A stretch of 64,000 bases of DNA. It comes from Leucoraja erinacea (Eukaryota). The translations under genes and the position numbers were made by a program. Below, piece by piece: positions 10,119-22,964 of this stretch (its first letter is position 1; each line of letters opens with the position of its first letter). The DNA lies in the NCBI RefSeq assembly GCF_028641065.1, contig NC_073381.1, positions 17,608,001-17,672,000 on the forward strand. The letters are read 5' to 3'. The notes beneath the pieces are model-generated. The model saw only the letters and a program-made list of their open reading frames with translations, was not told the origin of the DNA and did no database searches.

Positions 10119-11703
10119 CAGTGGCTTGCAAAAGTTTTCATACCCTTTGAACTTTTCCACATTTTGTCACGTTGCAACCACAAATGTAAATGTATTTTAT
10201 TGGGATTTTATGTGATAGACCAACACAAAGTGCGCATAATTGTGAGGTGGAAGGAAAATTTGATACATGGTTTTCAAATTTTTTTACAAATAAAAAACTG
10301 AAAAGTGTGGCGTGCAAAAGTCTTCAGCCCCCTTTACTCTGATACCCCTAAATAAAATCCAGTGCAACCAATTGCCTTCAGAAGTCACCTAATTAGTAAT
10401 TAGAGTCCACTTGTGTGTAATCTAATCTCAGTATAAATACAGCTGTTCTGTGAAGGCCTCAGAGGTTTGTTAGAGAACATTAGTGAACAAACAGCATCAT
10501 GAAGCCCAAGGAACACACGAGACCGGTCAGGGATAAAGTTGTGGAGAAGTTTAAAGCAGGGTTAGGTTATAAAAAAATATCCCAAGCTTTGAACATCTCA
10601 CGGAGCACTGTTCAATCCATCATCCGACAATGGAGAGAGTATGGCACAACTGCAAACCTACCAAGACATGGCCGTCCACCTAAACTGACAGGCCAGGCAA
10701 GGAGAGCATTGATCAGAGAAGCAGCCAAGAGGTAACTCTGGAGGAGCTGCAGAGATCCACAGCTCAGGTGGGAGAATCCGTCCACAGGACAACTATTAGT
10801 CGAGCACTCCACAAATCGGGCCTTTATGGAAGAGCGGCAAGAAGAAAGCCATTGTTGAAAAAAAGCCATAAGAAGTCCCGTTTGCAGTTTGCCACAAGCC
10901 ATGTGGAGGACACAGCAAACATGTGGAGGAAGGTGCTCTGGTCAGATGAGACCAAAATTGAAGTTTTTGGCCTAAATGCAAAACGCTATGTGTGGTGGAA
11001 AACTAACACTGCACATCACCCTGAACACACCATCCCCACTGTGAAACATGGTGGTGGCACCATCATGCTGTGGGGATGCTTTTCTTCAGCAGGGACAGGG
11101 AAGCTGGATGGAGCCAAATACAGGGCAATCTTGGAAGAAAACCTGTTAGTCTGCAAAAGACTTAAGGCTGGGGCAGAGGTTCACCTTCCAGCAGGACAAC
11201 GACCCTAAACGTACAGCCAGAGCTACAATGGAATAGTTTAGATCAAAGCATATTCATGTGTTAGAATGGCCCAGTTAAAGTCCAGACCTAAATCCAATTG
11301 AGAATCTCTGGCAAGACTTGAAAATTGCTGTTCACAGACGTTCTCCATCCAATCTGACTGAGCTTGAGCTATTTTGCAAAGAAGAATGGGCAAAAATGTC
11401 AGTCTCTAGATGTGCAAAGCTGGTAGAGACATACCCCAAAAGACTTGCAGCTGTAATTGCAGCGAAAGGTGGTTCTACAAAGTATTGACTCAGGGGGGCT
11501 GAATACTTTTGCACGCCACACTTTTCAGTTTTTTTATTTGTAAATTTGAAAACCATGTATCATTTTCCTTCCACTTCACAATTATGCACCACTTTGCGTT
11601 GGTCTATCACATAAAATCCAAATAAAATACATTTACGTTTGTGGTTGTAACGTGACAAAATGTGGAAAAGTTCAAGGGGTATGAAAACTTTTGCAAGCCA
11701 CTG
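10119..11703 (+). mobile_element. Full-length Tc1 IR/DR transposon (Passport-like), transposase disrupted
   Basis: TA TSDs; about 210-bp TIRs beginning CAGTGGCTTGCAAAAG; transposase 10499-11488 with GRPPKL, WSDETK and SPDLNPIE, broken by frameshifts and stops. Confidence 0.9.
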
Positions 11704-12099
11704 TACATAGTCAAATATGCAGGACGTCTAGCTCAACTGACTACTTTCATTCTAGCAGCGTATTCCTGAATTCCTTCTTCCTCATGCCTCGGGTAATGCC
11801 TTGAACGCATGTTTTTTTGCACTATATCTGGTGGTTTTCTCACCACCTGAGGTAAGGGTCTTTGTGAATCGCAAATTAATCCAATAATAAATATTTCTTG
11901 CTGAAATTCCCTGGCAACACCATCTCCACCCCCTCAAACTCTGCATCAATTTTCATCCCATCTGTTCACTTTCTACATTTGGTAACTACATTGCTCTTTG
12001 ATTATTTGGATGCTAATTAACCAGAAACATCAGCAATTTAAGAAAATGTCCTTGCCCCCAAAGCATTGTAGGCAGAACAGTTTAAAATTCCACAAAGAG

Positions 12100-12870
12100 G
12101 AAATATATCCCTGCAGAATGTGGGAAGTCAGGGGAAGTGCTGGTGTCCCTGATGTCTGCCTGTGGGCAGTGTGTCCGGATGCAGTTCCTTACAGGCCGCA
12201 TTATGGAACTGGAGCTACAGCTGGATGTCCTCGGAATCATCCTGGAGAATGAGAGCTTCTTAGGTAGGACTTATAGAGGGGTGGTCATGCCCAAACTACA
12301 GGAGGAGAATAGATGGGTGACCACGAGGAAAGGGAGTAGACAGAATGCAGATGACCCATGTGGCCACTCCCCTTAAACAGTTATACCCTTTTGGATACTG
12401 TTGGGGGAGGGGGAATAACCAGTCAGGGGTAAGCAGTAGCAGACAGTGCTATAGGACTGAGGCACAGCAGGGAAAGGTCATGCCAGGCAGATCCATTGTG
12501 GTAGGAGACTTGTTAGTTTGGGGGCGTGTGCAGAAAGGAGATTCTGTGGCAATAATTGAGACTCAGGCCGGCCTGTTGCCACCCTGAGTCCACAATGTCT
12601 CACGGTGGCTGCATGACATTCTCAAGGGCAATTGGTGTGCAATCAGAAGATGTTGGCACAAATGACACAGGTAGGAAAAGGCATGAGGTCCTGCAAAATG
12701 ATTATAGTGAGTTAGGCAAAGGGCTATAAAGCAGGACATCCAGGGTAGTGATCTTCAGATTACTCCCAGTGCAAGTGAGCGTAGGAAAAGGAAGATGACA
12801 GGTGAACGTGTGGTTAAGAGTTGGTGCAGGGGGCAGGGATTCAGACTTTTGGACCATTGGGATCTAAGTA
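12100..12870 (+). mobile_element. Degraded CR1 ORF1 (zinc finger plus SGNH esterase-like)
   Basis: CGQC...ELELQLD, IVVGD and VGTND-like remnants across frames. Confidence 0.55.
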
Positions 12871-13540
12871 AGAGGCCAAGTGAACAGAGCGACGGGAGAT
12901 GCAGGCAGCAGCGGTCAAACGGGTAGTGGACAATGCCACCCCCGACAGCAAGAAAGAGCAGATGAGAGGGGAGGGAGCCCTATGGTGACTGACTGCGTTC
13001 TGTCGGTAGTGGTGGCCCAAGGAAAGCACTGTCCCCTGGGCCTACAACATGAGCCACAACATCAGCCTTGTCACCGAATCGTGCAGTGGGTGAAGGCGGG
13101 GAAGGGGTTGGAAGCCAGGGCTTTAAACAGCTGGGGAGATGGTGTGAGCTGGAGATGGGTCGGCAGGTCCATCCACTATATCCAAAATCCTTTATAAGTG
13201 GGTCAGTGAAAACGAGGGTTTATTATATATCCATTTATCGTCTAAGAAGTAGCTTGGGATATTTATCTTAAAAGTGCTTCATAAATCCAAGTGTTGTTAT
13301 TAAGGTTTGCTGTTGGCCGCCCTCTGCTAATGGAAATGTCGTCTTACCAAATTTCACAGGCAATTCACAAGCTTTCCTGAGTTCTAAGAATTTCTGAGTT
13401 GTGAGGAAATGCTGCATTCACCAGCTTAGTGCAGTTCGGAAGTGACAAACCCGGTGAATTTATAGTATTTCTATTCACATTGCCAGTAATAAAATTAAGG
13501 TGAATATGCAATGGAGATATGGGCAGTGTGGCCAATGAAA

Positions 13541-13626
13541 TGGATATTGCACAGTGAAAAACGATGCAATATCCATAGCATATTTGCAACTATATATCCA
13601 TATATCTATATAGTTGCAAATATGCT
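13541..13626. repeat. Twin adjacent inverted repeats
   Basis: 11-bp stem (13541-13551/13565-13575) and perfect 20-bp stem (13577-13596/13607-13626). Confidence 0.85.
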
Positions 13627-13819
13627 GTAAATGTTTACTGTTCAAATAAACCCGCTTCATTTATATCTGTGCTAACCTGCATTTAATGAAAGTTCAGGTG
13701 GTGTGAAGTCCTGACAAGTTATGTTTAATTACAATGTTTCTGCAGCAGGCATTAGTTATTCTTACAGAGACCCAAGGCCCAGTAAATTCCTTAGTAATCT
13801 TGGTGTAAATACATAGAAT

Positions 13820-14150
13820 AATAGAAAATAGGTGCAGGAGTAGGCCATTCGGCCCTTCGAGCCAGCAGCGCCATTCAATATGATCACGGCTGATCATCCA
13901 CAATCAGTACCCTGTTCCTGCCTTCTCCCCATATCCCTTGATTCCACTAGCCTTAGGATCTCTAACTCTCTTTTGAATGCATCCAGTGCTTTCTGAGGCA
14001 GAGAATTCCACAAATTCACAACTCTCTGGGTGCAAAAGCTTTTCCTTATCTCAGTTCTAAACGCCCTACCCCTTATTTTTAAATGTGGCCCCTGGTTCTG
14101 GACACCCCAACAACGGGAACATGTTTCCTGCATCTAATGTGTCCAATCCG
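13820..14150 (-). mobile_element. CR1 3' fragment
   Basis: TQRVVNLWNSLPQ C-terminus plus conserved 3' tail. Confidence 0.8.
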
Positions 14151-14855
14151 TAGTTCTGTATCCCACTTTTACATCTACTTGCTGCACACCAGGGGCAATT
14201 AACCCATAGACGCTGTCTTTGGGATGCAAGAGGAAACCTATACTGTTCATCTGAAAATAAGGCTGCCACAAAATGAAGGGAAGATTGACAGTTCAAAGGT
14301 GTAGCATCCAGCGGTTGCCCTCAGAGAATGAAAGTCTCTTGCTGCATTGGATGAAACTCGGAGCATTTGTAAAATAGCAGTGGGCCAAAGAGCAAAGATG
14401 CCTTAAGGCATTTCACATGGAGAGGTGAGAAAGGAATGCAAGTATTGGATGAGTACTTCTCAGCCTGAATACAACACATTCAGATCAGACCCATGGCCAA
14501 AACCCAAGCACTCAAGATTGGCTAATTAGCCTCAGTTGTAAGTAATGTTCCATGTTGGGCAGAATTGGGGTTAATAATGATTCTTTAATCATAAAAACAG
14601 AGCATCTTGGTAAAATCGTGCTCTACCATATTTCCTGCAACCATCACTGCAAGTCTGAAGTCCTTCATTACATGAGAATTGCATTCAGATATCCAGATAT
14701 TCTGGAAGTTGCAGTATAAATGTAGATTGGTATGTGCTATTTGGCATGCATGTGGTGGGCCAAAAGGGCATATTTCTGTGGCGTAAGACTCAATCGCTCC
14801 ATAAGAGTAAATTTAACTCCAGTTGAGGCTATTTCACAGGAAGGGGGCTACTTAC

Positions 14856-15069
14856 TGTTTTGTTCCTCTCCTAGATTAACCAGGATCTCAAGCACTTTGA
14901 TTCCTTCTTGTACTGCTTGAAGCTCAGCATCGTTGATCGGTTTCTGATTCTCCACAGCTTTTAATTTCTCAACTACCAGCGGAGCCAAGGCATGGATGTA
15001 TGGGGTGGAAAGTGCACGGTGTGGCTGCTGGAATACTGACAGCAGAAGCTGGTAACATTTTTGTTGAAC
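14856..15069 (-). CDS. HEATR5B: HEATR5B coding exon
   Basis: [14 protein letters not shown]...[17 protein letters not shown]...NLGEEQN; AG/GT boundaries, phase 0 to 1. Confidence 0.93.
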
Positions 15070-15152
15070 CTAAAGGAAGACAGAGGAACCATTGGCCTTT
15101 ATTCTGGGATATTAAGCATCTGTATATACATAAGCATTGTTCAACATCTGTA

Positions 15153-15470
15153 TAGAAACATAGAAACATGGAAAATAGGTGCAGGAGTAGGCCATTCGGC
15201 CCTTCGAGCCTGCACAGCCATTCAATATGATCATGGCTGATCATCCAACTCAGTATCCTGTACCTGCCTTCTCTCCATACCCCCTGATCCATTTAGCCAC
15301 AGGGGCCACATCTAACTCCCTCTTAAATATAGCCAATGAACTGGCCTCAACTACCTTCTGCGGGAGAAAATTCCAGAGATTCACCACTCTCTGTGTGAAA
15401 AACGTTTTCCTCATCTCGGTCCTAAAAGATTTCCCCCTTATCCTTAAACTGTGACCTCTTGTTCTGGACT
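15153..15470 (-). mobile_element. CR1 3' fragment (young family)
   Basis: (TTCTATGT)n tail; near-identical to other copies in the window. Confidence 0.85.
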
Positions 15471-15909
15471 ATATACATTTATAATAAATACAGAAAATGG
15501 TGAAAATACTCCGGTCATGCAACATGTTGAGAGAGAAATAATTAAACATATTGTGTTAATTGTCATTCATCAGAACAAGAAAAACCAAATGTATGTAACA
15601 AGGAAGTTGAAGACTGTCTTCTGCTTGGGGGTGGAGAGTTTATAATTCTATCTGAACTCGAGCAGCAGTGGATTCGGGGAAAGAATGGCATCGAGGGGTT
15701 AGACAGAGTAGGAAATGAAGGAATGGAAGCGGGCAGGGGGAGGAATGGGAGAAAGAGATGGGGAGTGAAGAGTGAGGAAGGGGGGACATTGCAGGAACAT
15801 AGACTAAGCAGAGAGAGCGGGTCAGAGGGGAAAAAGTAATCTTGACTGAGGATCTTGAACCAGTGAGGGAGTTTAAGGACAGAATAAGATGGATGCTGTA
15901 TAATGGAGT

Positions 15910-16005
15910 GTCTGAAGAAGGGTCTCGACCCGAAACGTCACCCATTCCTTCTCTCCAGAGAAGTTGCCTGTCCCGCTGAGTTACTCCAGCATTTTGTGTC
16001 TACCG
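15910..16005 (+). mobile_element. Penelope-derived 96-bp insert with intact minimal hammerhead core
   Basis: CTGAAGA-A-GGGT-CTCG-ACCC-GAAA-CGTC at 15912-15939; perfect 15-bp TSD GCTGTATAATGGAGT (15895-15909, 16006-16020). Confidence 0.7.
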
Positions 16006-16439
16006 GCTGTATAATGGAGTCGGGGCTCATTTTGGTGGCAGATTTCAATGAATGTGAAAGCTCAGTCTGGCGACAAACAGCACTTCATTAGTTTCTACTC
16101 ATCTGAATCCTTCCAAGTGAGTGTAAGGGTAGGGTGATGCAGTGAAGAGCTGAGCTTCGACGAGGGAGCTTGTTCTTGGTTTTTGCCGGTTCTGGCTCAT
16201 CACACCTGCCATCAGCTAGATTGGGAGAGAGTGTGTGTGTGTGCATGTAAAACCAGCATCATCACCACACTTCAGTCTTGCTAACAGGCAAGAGGTAGCA
16301 ACGGTACATACACCAATGTGCTAAAGACTGTGGAATAGAGATCACCGACACAAGTGAGAACAGGATCTAAATTGGGAATATTTTCAGACAGCTTCGATTA
16401 AGAAGCAGCGGTGAGAAAGAGGATGATGGTTTGCCTTAC

Positions 16440-16591
16440 CCAGGGATCACTGGAATTTAATGCACTTCTGAATCTCTCAATGCAACCATTCTGCAGCGAT
16501 GAAATCCCAACCACCTCGTTGCTGGCAGACAGAAGGAAGAGGGCTATCGCTGTGAGCATGCTCACCTCATCTGTGCTCGATGCCGATTCAT
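16440..16591 (-). CDS. HEATR5B: HEATR5B coding exon
   Basis: [17 protein letters not shown]...ALNSSDPW; AG/GT boundaries. Confidence 0.93.
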
Positions 16592-17534
16592 CTGAAAAGC
16601 AGGAACTGAGTGTCATGTTGTGTAATTGACATAGGACGAATCGAGGAGTGGGTGGCACCACATTCGTATCAATACTAATTGTCAGGGTATTAGCTTGTTT
16701 CACTGAGGACATTAATCACAAATTGCAGTAGTGTGCTAACCGTTTATTGTTCAAGATTCAGGGAACCTGCTCAGTGCAACCCCACAGTTTGGATTCATTT
16801 TCACACTTTTTGCCCCAGAGTTAAAATAAACTCTCCGGTAATCAGCACCAGCCCACAACTTGAAGGCATCTGCTCAACTCCACTCAGTTCCAGGAACCCC
16901 GTGCTTCCTCAGCACCGAGACAGCCGGCTGGTAGTGGGACGGTCCACTGTGGAGTGAACGTCCGAGGCATGGTGAGGAGGCTGCCTGTGAGGGTTAGGGC
17001 AAGTGACTGGGATTCTCTGTTCCTCAGTGTAGAAACCAGCATCACGAGCCAGGGCAGAGACCACTCAGGTCCTACTGTGACCCTCACCACATCCTGCCAG
17101 ACCTGACAGGAGGTCTCCCTGCAGCGTGGGGATTTCAGGTTCAATGGTGGTTGCTGCCTATTATTCATCCTGTTACTGTAGAGAAACCTGCAAGCTTGGG
17201 AGAGCTGGGTGCCCAAACAAGGATCCACAGTGGATGTACTTGGCTTGTGTCTAAGCACTAATCTCCAAGCTTTTGTTGTGTAAATATCAATCCTGTGTAT
17301 TAACGTGTGATGCGCTTCTACACTGGGTACAGTTGACTTCATACTGTGTCTCTCTGGTCCCCTTAGTTGAAACAATCCAGGCACCTCCACCTCACATGAA
17401 GAGGAAGGGGCTGGTTGCAGTCATCCAAAACATTGGTGAGATGAAAGGATTCATTGCCCTTGGGGAGCTCTGTCAGGATGCACAGAGAGGGATGTTGTCA
17501 TACCTGACACTTGGGTGCGTGTTGGGTGTCATAC

Positions 17535-17759
17535 CTGGTTTGGAATATTCCAAGATGGAAGCCAGCGAACTGCAAATGAGGTCTTTCCACTGCTTATGGA
17601 TTTGATCCGATTTGGCGAGCGGGGAAGTGATGATGGTTTTGATGCCCTGCAGTGCTGCACTGGCTGGGAGCGTCATAAGGTTATCTGTTGACTTCACAGC
17701 CGTTTCTCTCAGCACACCCGTGATCAGATAAAGAATTGTGGGCAGCACAGTCATGCTTC
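17535..17759 (-). CDS. HEATR5B: HEATR5B coding exon
   Basis: [20 protein letters not shown]...[10 protein letters not shown]; AG/GT boundaries. Confidence 0.93.
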
Positions 17760-18722
17760 CTGGGAAGATTGAACCAATACAAGCCTTTAGTAGACATCTT
17801 TTATGAAGATAAGGGGCACATTCCCGCAATTGACTGAGGCAGACCTTAAGCATTTTTTTAAAGGAACGGCTTAACTGTTTGAAAAATACATACAACCAAA
17901 TGCAGGCAAAAGGGAACTCTGATTACTGTACACAACTCCATTTGGAGAGATAGTACCCAGTGGGCTGAATGGCCTCTGTGACTTGGAGATTAAAACATTT
18001 TCATTGTCTTATTTTGCTGTGTAAAATTAGGTCAAGATAACATAACTTATACTTTCAGTGTATAACATTTTTTCATCTGAATAAATCTACCATGGGTTAA
18101 TATCATTGAATGACTGGAACCACCTGGGAAAAAAAACTGCTTACAGCCACTACCCCCTCAATTTGAAAAGATATTGCTGAAATTGGTTTAAATGAGTAAT
18201 AGAACAACAAATCCATAAATTTCTTCCTCTTTTCCCCGTTAGAATTTGATACTAAATCAGATAATATGACAAAAAATTATATAGAAGGCTTACATCTATT
18301 AAAGTGAAAGCTGCGGTTCACTGATACCAGATTTACCACTGTATCAGGTCGTAAGTCTGCTTTAGAGACCGGCATATCATTCAGACTGGCACTAATAGAG
18401 AACTAAGGGCATGCTGTACAATTAGAGGTGTCATTTCTTTCCAAGTGGACACAAAAGATCACCAGGAATGTTTTGAAGAGGAGCATTCTCATTGTATACA
18501 TCGGCTGCCATAATCTCTGCATTACAAGCTTCAAAAGTACTAAATTGGTTCCAATGCACCTCGTTGTGCAAGATTATATAAATACAAGTCTTCCTCTCTT
18601 TAAATATTTTTGTTAATTATTTCTGTTACATGCCAATTTGTTTTGGGATTTTACAGGACTTCAAAATATTTCTTCTTCATCTGAAATGCAAACTAGATTC
18701 ATTCAATTTACCAGGTTCAGTG

Positions 18723-19660
18723 ATAGAAACATAGAAAATAGGTGCAGGAGTAGGCCATTCGGCCCTTCGAGCCTGCACCGCCATTCAATATGATCATGGC
18801 TGATCATCCAACAGTATCCTGTACCTGCCTTCTCTCCATACCCCCTGATCCCTTTAGCCACAAGGGCCACATCTAACTCCCTCTTAAATATAGCCAATGA
18901 ACTTGCCTCAACTACCTTCTGTGGCAGAGAATTCCACAGATTCACCACTCCCTGTGTAAAAAATAATTTTCTCATCTCGGTCCTAAAATACTTCCCTCTT
19001 ACCCTTAAGCCGTGACCCCGAGGAGACTAAAGAAGGTCCATCTGTCTCCTCAGATTTTGGTGAACTTCTACCGCTGCACCATCGAGAGCATCCTTACCAA
19101 CTGTATCACAGTTTGGTACGGCAACTGCTCTGTCTCCGACTGGAAAGCACTGCAGAGGGTGGTGAAAATTGCCCAACGCATCACCGGTTCCTCACTCCCC
19201 TCCATTGAGTCTGTCCAAAGCAAGCGTTGTCTGCGAAGGGCGCTCAGCATCGCCAAGGACTGCTCTCACCCCAACCACAGACTGTTTACCCTCCTACCAT
19301 CCGGGAGACGCTACAGGTCTCTCCGTTGCCGGACCAGCAGGTCCAGGAACAGCTTCTTCCCTGCGGCTGTTACACTACTCAACACTGTACCTCGGTGATT
19401 GACAATCACCCCCCCACCGGACCACTCCTCCCACCAGGGAAAAAAAACAAACTATGACCGTTTGCACGTAAATAGATGTATTTATTGCTCGTATTTATGT
19501 CGCTCTTCTAGGGAGATGCTAACTGCATTTCGTTGTCTCTGTACTGTACACTGCACAATGACAATAAAGTTGAATCTTGAATCTGAATCTGAATAGTTCT
19601 GGACTTCCCCAACATCGAGAATAATCTTCCGGCATCTAGCCTGCCCAACCCCTTAAGATA
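18723..19660 (-). mobile_element. CR1 3' fragment split by a Rex1/Babar insertion
   Basis: CR1 tail 18723-19019, continuing at about 19596-19660. Confidence 0.8.
19020..19595 (+). mobile_element. Rex1/Babar LINE 3' end
   Basis: FYRCTIESILT.CITVWYG...LPSGRRYRS...NSFFP; (GAATCT)n tail. Confidence 0.85.
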
Positions 19661-19811
19661 AGCCACTTCCATTCTACCAGATGTCAGAGCAGTTTATACA
19701 CATAACTGCTCTGCTTTCTTCAAAATAGTACATAGATTATTTCACGTCCATCTTATAGAAACAGCATTTCTAATTGTACAGGTGCCATTCCGAGCACATA
19801 CTCGAGCCATT

Positions 19812-19962
19812 ACACTGAAGTTAACATGTTTATCAAGAGGAGTATTGTTTAAATGGAGGTGACTAAATAATGCTGTTGAGGAAAAGGATCTGAGTATCCT
19901 TGGCCTTCAAACACTGAAGTTAAAATGTTTATCAAGAGGAGTATTGTTTAAATGGAGGTGAC
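19812..19962 (+). repeat. 52-bp direct repeat pair with 47-bp spacer
   Basis: 19812-19863 and 19911-19962, one mismatch. Confidence 0.85.
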
Positions 19963-21298
19963 AAACACAACAACTGCTCAGTATGTACAGAAGTAGTCTG
20001 GTCCTCAAAACAATCCCCTCACTCTCATTCCCACCCCCACTTACCTATCTTTTCTCTCTCGCATGCCATCAACTGCACCCTGATTGTTCTACCAGCATGA
20101 CTCTAGGGGCAAGATGGGGTAGATAGATTCCGTAGACTGAGTGGATGTTTTCCCACACCAAAGGTACCAGAAATAGCGGCCATGCTTTCACAATGTGGGA
20201 TTGCCCGCTTACAACCGAAATTAGGAAGATTTCTCCTCTCCGATAGTCATGTGAAGAATGAATCATTGTCCATCTCTCTCGTGATTAAATTCTGATTTTG
20301 TCAATGAAAGAGTAAAGGGCCATGGAGGACAGATTGGCCATGACTTTAGCTAATGGAAGGCAGGTTTGAGGAGCTAATTGGTCTCCTCTGGCTTCGTTTT
20401 TCTATAATCCAACCCAATCTCAAATTGTGGGTTTATAAATTACAGAGGATCTTTGCAGACCAACTCTGGTATCCATGTGTGCCGCCACACATGGACTATC
20501 ATGCAAATTCTGTTCTCTCCATGATCTGGTAATGTTAGAGAAAGTGCTGAAAAGATTTTAGGATTATAACAAAACCAAGACATTGTGAGTATTGTAAGAT
20601 CTTTTCCTCAGAAAAAAGGCCAAGAGTGACCGCGTAAAGGTTATGAAAGGGTTTTCACTTGTGGGGGAGACGAGGGACAAAAGCAATAGGAAAGGCCAAA
20701 GGAACTAATTAACAAAATGGTGGTGAGATGTGGGACCCTCAGCCATAATCTAGTTAAAGGGGAGCTGGAAAAATGACACGGTGAAAAGCAGAGTATGGAA
20801 AAACATTATATTTTATAAACAATAGTAGCACTGATGAGATAGGCTGAATTGCTTCTATAGTGTATGTTCTTCTATGTATATTTCAAACTCAAACTAGGTT
20901 TAGTGCTGCACACAAAGAGGATAGGCGGAAGGCAATAATCCGCAGAGAAGCAGTACAGAAGGACATCGTTAACATCGAAAGACCAAGGCGACCTCTGCTA
21001 CTCCAACCCACTGCCAGGGCAATGGAACTTTATGGCCAAGTTAAGACTCTAAATTGTTTAACAACACTGAACTGAAAGGGTGCAAGAGGTCAGAGATGTG
21101 GCGACTGCCTCAGTGTAATCCACTATATTACACTCTTGTATTAAGTGTGATTGTGCTTATGTATAGTAAGACTTTTACTGAACTGTATACAATAAATGTT
21201 TCACTGTACCTAGGTACACGAGACAATAAAGTATCATTGATTGAACATTGGCGTCAAATATATAAGGATCATGGTGTTTGTTACAGTCACGCTCTTAC

Positions 21299-21571
21299 CT
21301 GTAGGAGAACACAGCGATGGTAAATCAGCCAGGATAGAAACAGTGACAGCAACGAGCTGCGCACTTTCCTCAGCAAACGGGGATGTCTTTTGAAGAAAGT
21401 GACTAGGAGAGTCAGTCACTTTAGGGTTCAGTTGTGGAAGATGTCGTACCAGGATGAACATGAGCAGCTCCAAGGCGGCAAACACAATGGATCTACCGGG
21501 AATCAAGCCTCCGCTCTCGCCTCCTTCCCCCAAGGCAGTCAGCGAGTCCTCCTCAGCAACATCATCCTCTA
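21299..21571 (-). CDS. HEATR5B: HEATR5B coding exon
   Basis: [32 protein letters not shown]...LPSLCSPT; CAGTAG tandem acceptor. Confidence 0.93.
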
Positions 21572-22318
21572 CTGTAAGACAACCATAATCACTTGAAATG
21601 AAGCACCCCGAGCAAAATTAAAGCTAATGGCTTCCTCACAGAGTGGAAGCTGGGAAACTGTTCACTGTAGAAGGAGAGAGGTAGGGAGACTCAGAGGGTC
21701 AGTTTCAGGATGAAGGGCAACTTTCTGAGATTGAAATGGGGAGAAAGGCTGCACAATTTTAAAATTGCTATGTGAAAACTGTAGATGGTTGTACAATAAA
21801 TTCAAGACAGAGTTGGATTTTTTTTAGACATAATGGGAATCATGAACGATGTATGTATGATGGGGAATTGGAGAAGACCAAGCACATTAATATTGAAAGA
21901 CAGAGCAAGTTTGAAAAGCAATATACAGCAACTATTCTTTATGAATCATAACTTAAGAGTCAGAACATGCTAAAAAAGTTAAAAAGTACAAATTTAGTTT
22001 ATTAATGTTCAGAAATACACAATTTAATTCTGTCCAAATTCGCTAATGAGAAAAAGACTTTCAACTTCACCAGATGGGTCTCTATGCTTCTCCTCATCAA
22101 GTACATGAAATGTGACAACATCCTGATAGCCATTTTCCCAGTAGCACAATCAGAAAATTCAGTGGATTGCATCTGTATTCCCAATACAGGTCCTCAGCAA
22201 AGATTAATTTCCATAGTTGGAGCACTGCACATAACAGTCACCCTACAGCTTCCACACAACACACTGAGTCGCATTTGACTTGTATAAAACAGCAGAAACA
22301 ACTTGCAGTCCAACTTAC

Positions 22319-22466
22319 CATGAGCTTTTTTCACCAGCCCTTGAAGGTGATCCTGAGCAGCTCGAATTGTCTGCTGTACAACCATTGTCACTTGTCTTTG
22401 AACAGAGGGAGGCCCACATGTCAGCAGAAGGCGGTGCAATACATTAAAAAGCTCAACCATAAGCAT
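22319..22466 (-). CDS. HEATR5B: HEATR5B coding exon
   Basis: [16 protein letters not shown]...IRAAQDHLQ; AG/GT boundaries. Confidence 0.92.
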
Positions 22467-22964
22467 CTGTAATAAAATATACTATTTTAATAAAGCAAAG
22501 AAGCTACAATGATACAGCTACAATACTGAGAACTACATTCTACACTTTGTATCTTCCCCTTTGTTCTAGTCTTGCTCTTGATTGTATTTATGTACAGTAT
22601 TATCTGATCTGACTAGATAGCATGCAAAACAAAGCATTTCACTGTGTCTCAGTTTGCTGTTGGAGAACCTAGATTTGCTGTTGGAGAATCAAATAATTTT
22701 CTCATCTGAGCTATTATTAGATGCATAGCACTCGCATTGTGGGCTCTCTTTCTTTCGAAGCAGTCACTGAGCACGATGTATCAGAATATTTTCAGCACCA
22801 GCCAAGGTTCACTTTGCTCCCGCCTCAAAAGGCTGTATGCTCAAGTCACCTTCTAGCCATCTGAGCCAAATTCTAGGCCGACACCCCGCCACAATACCTA
22901 CTGTGGCGCCATCAGAGTGGTAGACTTGCAAATGCCAATTTAAACCAAAGCTTTCTGCCCTCTC

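Noticed and set aside
18703-18975. Recurrent ORFs MISHDHIEW...GPNGLLLHLF and MIMADHPTQYPVP
   Set aside because: Translations of the CR1 3' tail, not a gene family.
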